Part shown: positions 39,825 through 50,323 of the stretch, piece after piece
Layout of the letters: each line of letters opens with the position of its first letter
Position numbering within the stretch: position 1 is the first letter of the stretch
Origin: a bacterium
Lineage (GTDB): Bacteria; Patescibacteriota; Dojkabacteria; JAKAPS01; JAJZLI01
NCBI GenBank assembly: GCA_021810605.1
Contig: JAJZIL010000003.1
Span: 214 to 64,213, forward strand
Length of the DNA: 64,000 bases
Reading direction: 5' to 3'
Notes under the pieces: generated by a model
Databases searched by the model: none
Seen by the model: only the letters and a program-made list of their open reading frames with translations
Told to the model about the DNA's origin: nothing
Position numbers and translations under genes: made by a program

Positions 39825-40064
39825 TTAACCGCCCTTAGCTATGATTAAAGATACTATAGTACTAGATGCAAAAAGAATAACAGCTATAATAGTAGCATAG
39901 AGTAGAAATTTTTGAAGACCTCTTCTAGTTCTAAAAGCTTCTCCGCCTCCCCCAGCACCACCAAATGTTGCAGAAAGACTTGCTCCATTACTTTGAAGTA
40001 TAATTAAAACAATAACTATAATTGCTATAACTATCTGAATTATGTCTAGTTGATTAGAACTCAT
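39825..40064 (-). CDS. secG: preprotein translocase subunit SecG
   Basis: Two TM helices flanking a Gly-rich loop FGGAGGGGEAF; about 79 aa. Confidence 0.7.
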   Translation of the reverse strand: MSSNQLDIIQIVIAIIVIVLIILQSNGASLSATFGGAGGGGEAFRTRRGLQKFLLYATIIAVILFASSTIVSLIIAKGG

Positions 40065-40085
40065 ATATAAGTTAATATTAAAACT

Positions 40086-42017
40086 ATGAAAAAGGTAAAA
40101 ATAACTACCAAAATATTATCCCTATTTTTATTCTTAGGGGTATTTTTTATTATACCTACTAAGGTATTTGCTAGTAGTAACCCTTTTGAAGTAAATTATA
40201 ACATTTTATATACAATTACTAAAGCAGGAACTGCAAGAGTACAGTATCATATAAATATAGTAAACCTTACTCAATCGGAGTATGCATCTTCATATACTTT
40301 ATCTTTGACTAATACTGATGCGTCTAATATAACTGTAACTGATTCTAATGGAGTATCTCTTCCTTTTACAACTTCAAGTAATTCTAGTTCTACTAGTATA
40401 GTTACTAATTTTCCACAAGCATCTTATGGATATGGTTCTGGAGAGAATTGGTATATAAATTTTGATACATCACAAGTATCTAAGGTACAGGGGAAACTTC
40501 TAAATATTGCTATTCCTGGATTTCAGCAAAAATCGTTAATTCAATCTATTAATACACAGGTTATAGTTCCTAATCAATTTGGAAAAATTAATTATGTATC
40601 TCCTATAAACCCTCAGATAACAAAGGGGTTAAATAATACACATATTTCATTTAATAGCTCTCAATCATATACAAAAGAGGGGATTTTAATAGTTATGGGA
40701 AATTATCAATTATTTAAATTTAAATTCCAGTATAAATTAGACAATACAGATCCTTTATTTAAGCAGCAATATAAGATAGTAGTTCCTGCAGATTTTTCAA
40801 CACAGACTGTATTATTTTCTAAAATATATCCTACTCCTCAACAGACATATATAGATTCTGATGGAAATTATGTATTAGTTTATATATTATCTCCCAAACA
40901 GGAATATAATGTTAAAATTATAGGAGAGGCTAAAGTGTTATCTACATATAATGCTCTCAATACTCCATATGTAACAAAAAAGGAGCTTTCTGCATCAGAA
41001 TATAAGATTTATACTGCTCAACAACCTTATTGGCAAGTGGCTAATCCTTTTATACATAATCTAGCAGAAAAGATTACTCAAGGAGACAGTACTAATCTTG
41101 CTAAGGCCTTGAGTATTGAAAATTATGTAGCTTCTCACCTTACATATAATCAAAAAGCAATATTTGATAAGAATAGGCAAAGATTAGGTGCAATAAATGC
41201 ATTAGAGGACCCTACAAATGCAATATGTCAGGAATATGTAGATGTATTTGTAACACTTGCACGATCAGTAGGAGTTCCTGCAAGAATGATTGCGGGATAT
41301 GGAGATCCTCCAAATATAAATATAAATCCGCTTCCTCCTGATATATTACATGCATGGGTACAATTTTATTCATCAAGATATGGGTGGGTTAATGCTGATC
41401 CAACTTGGCAATCTACATCTGGAAATTTAAATTTCTTTGGTAATGTAGGATCAAGTCATTTTGCATTAGTAAGATACGGTGTAAGTTCTGTAAATCCTCC
41501 ACTTATACTTTCTTTTGTAAAAGAGAAAAATCCTGGGAATAATATTAATATACAGGCAACAACTGAGAGCTTTACTCCTAATCCTCAATTTAGAATTACA
41601 GTACCAGACATTAATAATTTAGTCTCTGGTTTTAAAAATTATATTAATATAATAGTGGATAATACAGGAAACCAAGTTTTAAGAAATGGATCTATATTTA
41701 TTTTGGATAAAAACAAGAAGATTATTTCAAAACTCTCTTTACAAGGGAATGCAATATTTCCAGGAAGTAGTGAAGAAATACAAATTCCAATTTTATCTAA
41801 ATCACTTCTAAGTTCTTATTCTAAGCAAATTAATATAGAGGTTAAGCTTTCAAATTCTCAAAAACAGAATGTAGAAAAAATTACAAACACATTAATTTCT
41901 TTCAAGCCATTTTTTGTCTCAGGAATAATACCTTGGATAATAGTATTCATATTATTTATTATCTCTATTATCATAGTAGACATATTTTATAGAATAAAGA
42001 ATAGAAAGAATAGCTAG
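40086..42017 (+). CDS. transglutaminase-like cysteine protease domain protein, secreted with C-terminal TM anchor
   Basis: Signal peptide; core CQEYVDVFVTLARSVGVPARMIAGY...HAWVQFY...GWVNADPT (Cys-His-Asp transglutaminase-like core); C-terminal hydrophobic anchor. Confidence 0.65.
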   Translation: MKKVKITTKILSLFLFLGVFFIIPTKVFASSNPFEVNYNILYTITKAGTARVQYHINIVNLTQSEYASSYTLSLTNTDASNITVTDSNGVSLPFTTSSNSSSTSIVTNFPQASYGYGSGENWYINFDTSQVSKVQGKLLNIAIPGFQQKSLIQSINTQVIVPNQFGKINYVSPINPQITKGLNNTHISFNSSQSYTKEGILIVMGNYQLFKFKFQYKLDNTDPLFKQQYKIVVPADFSTQTVLFSKIYPTPQQTYIDSDGNYVLVYILSPKQEYNVKIIGEAKVLSTYNALNTPYVTKKELSASEYKIYTAQQPYWQVANPFIHNLAEKITQGDSTNLAKALSIENYVASHLTYNQKAIFDKNRQRLGAINALEDPTNAICQEYVDVFVTLARSVGVPARMIAGYGDPPNININPLPPDILHAWVQFYSSRYGWVNADPTWQSTSGNLNFFGNVGSSHFALVRYGVSSVNPPLILSFVKEKNPGNNINIQATTESFTPNPQFRITVPDINNLVSGFKNYINIIVDNTGNQVLRNGSIFILDKNKKIISKLSLQGNAIFPGSSEEIQIPILSKSLLSSYSKQINIEVKLSNSQKQNVEKITNTLISFKPFFVSGIIPWIIVFILFIISIIIVDIFYRIKNRKNS

Positions 42018-42125
42018 AATAAAGCTTAATAGAGACATTTCTATACTTTATTATCAATTATATAGGTCACTTGACAAGAAATTTCAATACTCATAAAATA
42101 AGTATAGTAGTTTATCAAAATTTTC

Positions 42126-44732
42126 ATGAATAATATCAAAGTAATTTTTCAATTTAATGAAATCTCCTTGGATTTTAAGAATATTTTAGGAGAAAAGGCT
42201 CTTAGCATTGGGAATATATTTCATTTATCTATACCTACATCTCCAGGATTTGTAGTATCTGCAGATGCACTTAATTTTTTTCTAGATATGTCTAATCTCT
42301 CTGAGCTTATTAAGAGTAAATTTTATAATTTATCAAAAGATGATGAAGAGGGATTGAAAAATGTATCTAGTGAGATAGAAGATTTAATAATGAAGACAGC
42401 ACTTCCTCCGCATGTAGAGAAAGAGATACTTAGAACATATTCTAAATTATCAGGGTTTTCAGATGCATTTGTGTCTGTTAGAGCATCATATATATTTAAA
42501 GATATTGATTATTTAGGATCTGTTAACCAAACAACTTTTTTAAATATTAAAGGATTCTCTGAGATAATACTTGCAATAAAAGCATGTTGGGCATCATTGT
42601 ATGAGGTAGAGAATATAAAATATAGACTAGATAATGGAATTGATCCTTATGCATGTTCAAGTGCAGTTATAATACAAAAAATGTTACAGACGGAAGCATC
42701 TGGAATAACATTTTCAGTATCCCCTATTAATAATGATCATAGTGAAATATCTACTCAAGCAGTACTAGGAATAATAGATATAATAAAAGAAGGTGAGGTA
42801 AAACCTGACTCTTATCATATAGATAAAGAGACATTTAAATTCAAAGAAAAAGCTATTTCTAGGCAGGAATACATGCTTATACGTAATATTAAGAGTAAGA
42901 ATATAAAGGACTCTACTATAAAAACAAAAGTATCTTCAAAATGGCAAGAAAATCAAAAAATTGATGATAAAACTCTTATAACTATTGCAAAATATGCAAT
43001 GGCACTAGAAGATATGTACAAATCTCCTCAAGAGATTGAATGGGTTATAGAAAAAGGAAAAGTATCAGTACTAAAAACAATTAATATTGTAGGACTACCT
43101 AAAATAGATGAAAATATAAACAAAAACGAGGAAAGCAATATTGAAAAGGAATTTGTAAAGGAAGATAGTGAAATAAATCCAATCATTGCAGAAAAAGAAG
43201 AAGAAGAAGTCAAGCAAGAGATTAAACAAGAGGTAGTAGAAATTCCTCCTATTCCTACTCCTATAGTAGAACCTGTTGTAATGGCTACTCCAAAGTTTGT
43301 TCATCCTGAAATAATATCTGCAAAAACAGAAGATACTGTAAAACCTGAAATAAAAAAAGAGTCAGAAGTAAAAGAGATTAAACCAAAACAAAAAACTGGG
43401 AAGACATCTCTTCTTCTTACAGGTATACCTGCATCTCCTGGTATAGTAGAAGGATTTATTAAAGTTTTGAAAAATTTAAATGAGGCTGATCCTAATAGTG
43501 AATATGACATTATAGTACTTGAAAATCTTACTGAAAATTGGAAAGAAATTGCAAAACATTCTAAAGGAATAATACTTGATAATGGAGAAATTAATTCTTA
43601 TGAGACAGAGATTGCAAGGGAATTATCAATTCCTTGTATTATCAATACCCAGATAGCAACCAATACTCTTACAGATAATACTTTTGTAATACTTGATGGA
43701 TCTACTGGTAGGTTATATGAGGTTAATGATAAAGCAAAGATAGATCAGCATAAGAGTATTATAACTTCTAATATCAAATCAAATGAAGCTATACCTGAAT
43801 CTAGTGCAGAAAATGTAAAAATAGAGAGAAAAGATATAAAAACTGCAACAAAGTTTTATACGCGTATTGTTGATATTAATCTTTACGAGAGTATTGCAAA
43901 AAGTGGATTTGATGGAGTATATATTTCAGCAGAAGATTTAATACTCGATTTAAAGATTCATCCAAAACAGATATTCTCTCAACAAAAGAATGCAGAATAT
44001 ATAGATGAGATTGCAAAAAAAATATCTAAATTATGTGATGCTATTGGTAATGATAAAAATGTTATATATACTATATCTAATCTTACATCTAATGAATTAT
44101 TTGAGCTCGAGGGTGGGGTTCAATTTGAAGTTAAAGAAGAAAATCCTATTATAGGATATAGAGGAACCCTAAGAAATATAAAAGAGATAGAAATACTTAA
44201 TATGGAATTAGAAATAGTAAGAACTGTGAGAAATAAATATGGATATAAAAATCTTTGGATTATGATTCCATATATAAGAACAATTGATGAGTTAGTAGAG
44301 ATGAAAAAATTAATAATTTCATCTAATCTTAGAAGATCATCTACATTTAATATATTTATAGATATAGAAGTTCCATCTAATGTTATTATGATAGATGAGT
44401 TATTAGAGATAGGTATTGATGGTATTAATATTGATTATAAAAATCTAGCACAAATGATACTAGGTATAGATTTTACAAATCCTAAAATTAATAAGGATAA
44501 TGTTAATTATCATCCTACAATGCTGAAATCTATTGATAGTATACTAGACTCTTCTAATAAATATAAAATTATAAATTCGATATCATTAGAAGATATTGAC
44601 TATGAGGAAGATTTCTTAAGATATATAATTAAAAGAGGTGTTAATATAATAAATACTCAATCTGATAATATATATAACTTAAAAGAAAAAGTTTTAAAGA
44701 TAGAAACAGATATTCTAGTAGATAAAAGATAG
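42126..44732 (+). CDS. PEP synthase / pyruvate,phosphate dikinase-like protein with the phospho-histidine replaced by Tyr
   Basis: N-terminal PPDK_N-like nucleotide-binding domain; central mobile-domain motif reads GEINSYETEIARELSIPCII where the canonical form is GG(T/R)TSHAAIIARELGIP; C-terminal PEP-utilising TIM-barrel-like domain; E/K/P-rich low-complexity insert. Confidence 0.6.
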   Translation: MNNIKVIFQFNEISLDFKNILGEKALSIGNIFHLSIPTSPGFVVSADALNFFLDMSNLSELIKSKFYNLSKDDEEGLKNVSSEIEDLIMKTALPPHVEKEILRTYSKLSGFSDAFVSVRASYIFKDIDYLGSVNQTTFLNIKGFSEIILAIKACWASLYEVENIKYRLDNGIDPYACSSAVIIQKMLQTEASGITFSVSPINNDHSEISTQAVLGIIDIIKEGEVKPDSYHIDKETFKFKEKAISRQEYMLIRNIKSKNIKDSTIKTKVSSKWQENQKIDDKTLITIAKYAMALEDMYKSPQEIEWVIEKGKVSVLKTINIVGLPKIDENINKNEESNIEKEFVKEDSEINPIIAEKEEEEVKQEIKQEVVEIPPIPTPIVEPVVMATPKFVHPEIISAKTEDTVKPEIKKESEVKEIKPKQKTGKTSLLLTGIPASPGIVEGFIKVLKNLNEADPNSEYDIIVLENLTENWKEIAKHSKGIILDNGEINSYETEIARELSIPCIINTQIATNTLTDNTFVILDGSTGRLYEVNDKAKIDQHKSIITSNIKSNEAIPESSAENVKIERKDIKTATKFYTRIVDINLYESIAKSGFDGVYISAEDLILDLKIHPKQIFSQQKNAEYIDEIAKKISKLCDAIGNDKNVIYTISNLTSNELFELEGGVQFEVKEENPIIGYRGTLRNIKEIEILNMELEIVRTVRNKYGYKNLWIMIPYIRTIDELVEMKKLIISSNLRRSSTFNIFIDIEVPSNVIMIDELLEIGIDGINIDYKNLAQMILGIDFTNPKINKDNVNYHPTMLKSIDSILDSSNKYKIINSISLEDIDYEEDFLRYIIKRGVNIINTQSDNIYNLKEKVLKIETDILVDKR

Positions 44733-44853
44733 ATCTTTAAATATAGATAATTTTAATTATTATTTTTTAAGTAGTTCATATTTCTGAGTAGATTTTTATT
44801 ATTAAATCCTTTAATTAAGATATTTTGTTAAATTTATATTATAATATATCTTA

Positions 44854-46308
44854 ATGGATAAAAATGTTTTACTTCTAATATTAGATGGATTTGGACTCTC
44901 TGAGAATATTCAAGGTAATGCTATAAGAAAAGCATCTACACCTAATTTGGATTATATATATAATAATAGTTACTATACAAGGCTAAAAGCTTCTGGAATT
45001 AACGTTGGATTAGAAGAAGGAAAGGCAGGAAATAGTGAAGTTGGACATTTAAATATAGGTGCAGGAAGGATAGTAAAACAATATTCTGTATTAATACAGA
45101 ATGATATAGATAATGGACAATTTTTTAAAAATCATATTTTATTAGAAAACCTAAAAAATAATAAAGGAGAGATTCATATAATGGGACTTTTATCTGATAG
45201 CGCTGTACACTCATCAATCTCTAACCTAAAATCTTTAATAAAAGCAATTAATAAAAAAGGTATTTATTTACATATCTTTTCAGATGGAAGAGATACTAAT
45301 TATATGAGTATTAAAAAATATATATCTATGATACAAGGAGAGATAGATAATGGGAGTATTATTATAGCAAGTATCATAGGAAGATATTTTGCAATGGATA
45401 GAGATAATAGGAATGATAGGATTAAAAGAGCATTTGATCTTTTAATAAAACATGAAGGAGAGGAAGTACTAAATATTAATGATGCAATTGATAAATCATA
45501 TAATAAAAATATCTATGATGAATTTATAGAACCATATTTTATATCAAATACTCCAACTATAAAAGATAATGATTTATTATTTTTCTTTAATTTTAGAGAA
45601 GATAGAGCAAGAGAATTATCCTTAATGATACAGAATAATTCAAATATAAATCTTGTATGTATGGTTCAATATACAGATGATATAAAAAAGTATTTATATA
45701 AAAGAATAAGTGTTATAAATCCATTAGGAGAGATTATATCTAAAAATAATCTCTCTCAATATAGAGTAGCAGAAAGTGAAAAGTATGCTCATGTAACGTA
45801 CTTTTTTGATGGAGGTATAGATATATTATATCCAATGGAGGAAAGAGATATAATACCCTCTCTTAAAATAGCAACATATGATCTAGAACCAGGAATGAGA
45901 GCAAGAGAAATTACAGATAAGATATTAGAAGAGATACCTAAGAAAAATTTTATAGTAGCAAATTTTGCAAATCCTGATATGGTTGGCCATACTGGAAATT
46001 TAAAAAAAACAGTTGAAGCAGTTGAGATTATTGATTCTCTTATTGGAGAGATTTCTAAATCATGTATAGAAAATAATATAACATTAATAATTACAGCAGA
46101 TCATGGAAATGCAGAGGATATGATTGATAATGGTATTATTAACAAAGCCCATACTATTAATGATGTTCCTTTTATAATCTATAGTAAGGATACAATATCA
46201 AAAGGACAAAAGATAAAAGAAGGTATACTTGCAGATATATCCCCAACATTATTAAATATTTTTAATATAGATAAACCAATTGAAATGACAGGAGAGAGTT
46301 TATTATGA
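44854..46308 (+). CDS. gpmI: 2,3-bisphosphoglycerate-independent phosphoglycerate mutase
   Basis: N-terminus VLLLILDGFGLSEN; about 484 aa; conserved metal-binding pattern ...ADHGNAE... Confidence 0.75.
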   Translation: MDKNVLLLILDGFGLSENIQGNAIRKASTPNLDYIYNNSYYTRLKASGINVGLEEGKAGNSEVGHLNIGAGRIVKQYSVLIQNDIDNGQFFKNHILLENLKNNKGEIHIMGLLSDSAVHSSISNLKSLIKAINKKGIYLHIFSDGRDTNYMSIKKYISMIQGEIDNGSIIIASIIGRYFAMDRDNRNDRIKRAFDLLIKHEGEEVLNINDAIDKSYNKNIYDEFIEPYFISNTPTIKDNDLLFFFNFREDRARELSLMIQNNSNINLVCMVQYTDDIKKYLYKRISVINPLGEIISKNNLSQYRVAESEKYAHVTYFFDGGIDILYPMEERDIIPSLKIATYDLEPGMRAREITDKILEEIPKKNFIVANFANPDMVGHTGNLKKTVEAVEIIDSLIGEISKSCIENNITLIITADHGNAEDMIDNGIINKAHTINDVPFIIYSKDTISKGQKIKEGILADISPTLLNIFNIDKPIEMTGESLL

Positions 46309-47225
46309 ATATTAAGATACTTTCATATATAGAGGACAATTCAATAGAATCAAATTTCTTGCAATCTATAGAATGGGCAGAATTTAAAAAGAAAGAGGGT
46401 TGGAATTATTATTTTTTACATTTTTATAAAGATGATAATCTAGTAGGATATACTCTTCTTTTAGAGAAAATAGAGAAAATTTTCAAAATTCACTATATAC
46501 CAAGAGGACCAAACATAAAAAAAATAGAATATCTTCCTGAAATATTATCTTTAATAGAAAAATTTTCAAAAGACAATAAAGCCTCATTTTTAAAAATAGA
46601 ACCTTCATTTGAATACAATGAGTCTCTTTTAGTTTATTTTAAAGATTATAAATTATCTCATAAATCATATCAGCCAGAAGATACTGCAATAATTTATCTG
46701 GAAGAAGATATATTAAAGAATATACCTTCAAAGAAAAGAGGAAGAGTTAGAAATAAGAGTAACCTTATATTTAGAGAGACATATAATATAGAATCTTTTT
46801 ATACACTTTACTCTAATACATTTAAAAATAAAAACTTTAAAGGGAGAGGATTAGAATACTTTAAGGATATGAAAGAATTTTTTAAGGATGATATGAAAAT
46901 TTTTGAAGTAGCACAGAATAAAAAAATTATATCATCATCAGTAAATATATTTTATAAAGATACAGTTACATATCTATATTCTGGCTCTGATACTAGTTTT
47001 AACAATCTTTATCCTGGATATGTACTCGTATATAATACAGCATTATTTGCAAAGGAGAAAGGATTTAAATATTTTGATTTATGGGGTATTAGTTATGATA
47101 ATGAAAGTTGGAAAGGATTCTCAGAATTTAAATTTAATTTAGGAGGAAAAGCAAAGAAATTTTTAGGTAGTTTTGATTATCCAATAAATAAAGTACTATA
47201 CTCTTTATATAAAAAATTAGGCTAA
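46305..47225 (+). CDS. FemAB-family peptidyl/aminoacyl transferase (peptidoglycan interpeptide bridge)
   Basis: Size and pattern of FemAB/GNAT-fold proteins; 4-bp overlap with gpmI. Confidence 0.45.
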   Translation: MNIKILSYIEDNSIESNFLQSIEWAEFKKKEGWNYYFLHFYKDDNLVGYTLLLEKIEKIFKIHYIPRGPNIKKIEYLPEILSLIEKFSKDNKASFLKIEPSFEYNESLLVYFKDYKLSHKSYQPEDTAIIYLEEDILKNIPSKKRGRVRNKSNLIFRETYNIESFYTLYSNTFKNKNFKGRGLEYFKDMKEFFKDDMKIFEVAQNKKIISSSVNIFYKDTVTYLYSGSDTSFNNLYPGYVLVYNTALFAKEKGFKYFDLWGISYDNESWKGFSEFKFNLGGKAKKFLGSFDYPINKVLYSLYKKLG

Positions 47226-47227
47226 GA

Positions 47228-47647
47228 TTATTCTGTATTTATTAATAGATCTAACATTCTTCTATCTTCACCTACTTCACTCCATTGTATTGATAAATCA
47301 GACTTATTTCTAATATTACTGATTTTTAATTTATATACCCTACTATTATCCTCTTTATAATCACAACTCATATAATAACCTTGTTTAAATTCTTCATCTT
47401 GAGAATAAAAATTGGTAGCTCTAAAAATTAATTTTCCTTGATTATTATGGATCAGACAATCTTCTCGAGAAACTTTGCCTGAATAATAAAATTCTTTAAT
47501 TATTTTATAAGAATTCTTTACTGTCTTTATTATTCTTGATACTTTATCTGTACCTTCAAAATATTCTTTAAACTCCAATACTCCATTTTTTAAAGAAGGA
47601 TTATCCAAAGAATCAACATAACTAGTTTTGATATTTTCTATATTCAT
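47228..47647 (-). CDS. hypothetical protein (139 aa)
   Basis: Uninterrupted ORF with no recognised motif. Confidence 0.3.
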   Translation of the reverse strand: MNIENIKTSYVDSLDNPSLKNGVLEFKEYFEGTDKVSRIIKTVKNSYKIIKEFYYSGKVSREDCLIHNNQGKLIFRATNFYSQDEEFKQGYYMSCDYKEDNSRVYKLKISNIRNKSDLSIQWSEVGEDRRMLDLLINTE

Positions 47648-47903
47648 AGAGATATTTTAATATAATAGAAGCATTATAGTACTTCTCTATCTGTTTGTAA
47701 AGATAATTTTATTTATGATAATTGATTTTCTTTAGATATTTAAATTATTGTACTAAATTTATAATCTGAGAAGAACTGGATTCTATAGGTGTCTTACAAT
47801 CATTTAAAATATTATTCATATTATACAGTTTATAAATCTATCCTATTTTATGATATTACTTTACTCAGAAATATTTATAAATGAGAAGAAAGATAAAATT
47901 ACT

Positions 47904-47975
47904 TGAGGGCACTGGGATTCGAACCCAGAACCAACAGCTTAAAAGGCTGATGCTCTACCGTTGAGCTATACCCCC
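47904..47975 (-). tRNA. tRNA-Lys (anticodon UUU)
   Basis: GGGGGTATAGCTCAACGGTAGAGCA; anticodon loop CTTTTAA; T-stem CTGGG/CCCAG with TTCGAAT loop. Confidence 0.75.
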
Positions 47976-48003
47976 GAATATAGCAATAATAGCATAAAAG
48001 AAG

Positions 48004-48870
48004 TTATGATTCAAAATTAGAATTAATTTTTTTATATATATCTTCTAGTTCTTCGTCTGTTTTAAATTTTATAATAATACTTCCCTGTCCTTTTAAATTT
48101 CTTTTCAATGCTATTTTATCATCTCCGAAATATGTCTTTAGTTTATTTTGTATTACTAAACTTCTATGAGAGAGAATATTGAGTTTTGTTTGATTCTTTC
48201 TTGGAGAATATATTAAAAGTTTATCTATTAAATCAGTTGTTCTTGCTGGAGAAAGTTTATCTTTTACTATTTTATTAAAAACTTCTTTTTGTAATTCAGG
48301 GCTTTCTATTCTAATAAGACCAACTGCATGAGCATATATGATAATATCATTATAAAGAGCATCTTTAATTTCATCTGGAAGAGATAATATTTTAAGATAG
48401 TATCTTACTGACCTATCGGATAATCCTATTTTTTTTGATATTTGCATATTATCAAGATTAAATTCTTTTTTAAGGTTCATTATAGCAACAGCTTCTTCCA
48501 TTACATTTAAGTCTTTTCTTTGTAAATTTTCTACAATAGCATAGATCAGCATATCTTGAGAACTTGCCTCTTTTATTATAACTGGTACTTTTTCTAATTT
48601 TATTGCTTTTGCAGCATTAAGTCTTCTTTCCCCTGCAATAAGTTGATATTTACCATCGTCCCTTTTCGATACTATTAGTGGAGAGAGTACTCCATGCTCT
48701 TCAATTGATTGAGATAGATTTTCGATATCCTTTGTAGCATCCATCCTAGGTTGATATGGATTAGGAATAATATTTGATACAAAAACCTCTTTATATCCTT
48801 CTGGAGAAGAATTTTGAATTAGAGCTGACAAACCTCTACCTAATCTATTATCATCTTTATTTTTATCCAT
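48004..48870 (-). CDS. parB: chromosome partitioning protein ParB/Spo0J
   Basis: ParB box GERRLNAAKAIKLEKVPVII; HTH region; 8-bp overlap with parA. Confidence 0.8.
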   Translation of the reverse strand: MDKNKDDNRLGRGLSALIQNSSPEGYKEVFVSNIIPNPYQPRMDATKDIENLSQSIEEHGVLSPLIVSKRDDGKYQLIAGERRLNAAKAIKLEKVPVIIKEASSQDMLIYAIVENLQRKDLNVMEEAVAIMNLKKEFNLDNMQISKKIGLSDRSVRYYLKILSLPDEIKDALYNDIIIYAHAVGLIRIESPELQKEVFNKIVKDKLSPARTTDLIDKLLIYSPRKNQTKLNILSHRSLVIQNKLKTYFGDDKIALKRNLKGQGSIIIKFKTDEELEDIYKKINSNFES

Positions 48871-49633
48871 ATTTTTTTAATAATTCATCAGTAAATAAAT
48901 CATATGCATGTGATCCTGATGAAGTAGGATCATAATCAAATATAGCTTTTCCAAAAGAAGGTGCTTCTGAAAGTTTTACATTTCTAGGTATTATTGTATC
49001 AAATGTTTTATCTTTAAAAAATGATTTTATCTCTGATGCTACAGATTCAGATATTTTAACCCTACTATCAAACATAGTAAGAAGTACTCCCATAAGTTCT
49101 AGATCTGGATTAATAGAATCTCTTACTAAATCAATTGTTTTTAAAAGTTGAGATACTCCCTCAAGTGCATAATATTCACATTGCAGAGGAACTATAACAT
49201 ATTTTGATGCAACTAAAGAGTTAATAGTGAGAATCCCTAGTGATGGAGGGTTGTCTATAATTATATAGTCATAATTTTCACTAAACTTTGAAATAGCAGA
49301 TTTAAGTTTCTGTTCTCTAGATAATTTATTAACTAGCTCTATTTCAGCTCCAGCAAGGGATATATTAGAAGGAACAAGGTAAAGATTTTCTATATCAGTA
49401 GATACAAAGACCTCATTCATAGTTTTATTCTCAAGTAGTATATCATATATTGATGGTGGAGTATTTTTTCCTTCTTGAGATATTGATAGACCTAGACCTG
49501 AAGTAAGATTACTTTGAGGATCAAGATCTATAAGTATTGTTTTTTTCCCTTTTTTTGCAAGAAAAGCTCCAATATTTAAAGCAGATGTGGTTTTACCTAC
49601 TCCTCCTTTTTGATTTAATACGGTTATAATCAT
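48863..49633 (-). CDS. parA: chromosome partitioning ATPase ParA/Soj
   Basis: Deviant Walker A KGGVGKTT; about 256 aa. Confidence 0.8.
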   Translation of the reverse strand: MIITVLNQKGGVGKTTSALNIGAFLAKKGKKTILIDLDPQSNLTSGLGLSISQEGKNTPPSIYDILLENKTMNEVFVSTDIENLYLVPSNISLAGAEIELVNKLSREQKLKSAISKFSENYDYIIIDNPPSLGILTINSLVASKYVIVPLQCEYYALEGVSQLLKTIDLVRDSINPDLELMGVLLTMFDSRVKISESVASEIKSFFKDKTFDTIIPRNVKLSEAPSFGKAIFDYDPTSSGSHAYDLFTDELLKKYG

Positions 49634-50287
49634 TTAATTTGTTGATGAATAAATTACATTTCCCTTTACTGTATAGTTTATCTGAGGAATAAATCCAAAT
49701 TTATTAAGTGGCCAAAATACAAAAGAAGCTACACCTTTTATCTCATTTCTAGGAACTAAACCCCAAAATCTTGAATCTGAACTATCTTCTCTATTATCTC
49801 CCATAACAAAATATTCTCCTTTTGGAATCTTTATTGCAACATTATTAGCAAGATAAGTAGCTCCCTGGGTTATAACTCCTTTAGGAATATATGCTGACTC
49901 ATCTAATTTATTTCCATTGATATATACAGAACCATTTTTTAATTCAAGTGTATCTCCAGGAATACCTATTACTCTCTTTATATATTCTTCCTGAGGAGTA
50001 TGTTGAAATACAATTACTTGCCCCTGTTTAGGATTTGAATATGATAAAACAAGCTTATTAGTAAATAAATATTCACCATTTACAAAATTTGGCATCATAC
50101 TCTCTCCTACAACTACATGAGGAGATGCTATAAAGATATATATAAGCAAAGCAATAGCTAAGGTTACAGCTGCAGTCTCTATAAAATCAACTACAAAAAT
50201 CTTAGATGCTTTTATTAAATATTCTTTGTATTTATTTGTTTTTCTTATAGGGACAGTACTAACCTTTTTTTTCTTTTTTTTAGCCAT
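49634..50287 (-). CDS. lepB: signal peptidase I
   Basis: N-terminal TM; GESMMPNF (catalytic Ser box); KRVIGIPGD (Lys box); GDNREDSSDSRFWG box E. Confidence 0.8.
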   Translation of the reverse strand: MAKKKKKKVSTVPIRKTNKYKEYLIKASKIFVVDFIETAAVTLAIALLIYIFIASPHVVVGESMMPNFVNGEYLFTNKLVLSYSNPKQGQVIVFQHTPQEEYIKRVIGIPGDTLELKNGSVYINGNKLDESAYIPKGVITQGATYLANNVAIKIPKGEYFVMGDNREDSSDSRFWGLVPRNEIKGVASFVFWPLNKFGFIPQINYTVKGNVIYSSTN

Positions 50288-50323
50288 AGATAATGTAGTT
50301 ACAATAATATAACAAAAAACTAA

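Noticed and set aside
43028-43510. Three short minus-strand ORFs and a repetitive E/K/P-rich stretch
   Set aside because: They are antisense to the low-complexity linker of the PEP-synthase-like gene. The periodicity comes from codon repeats and is not a CRISPR array or tandem DNA repeat.
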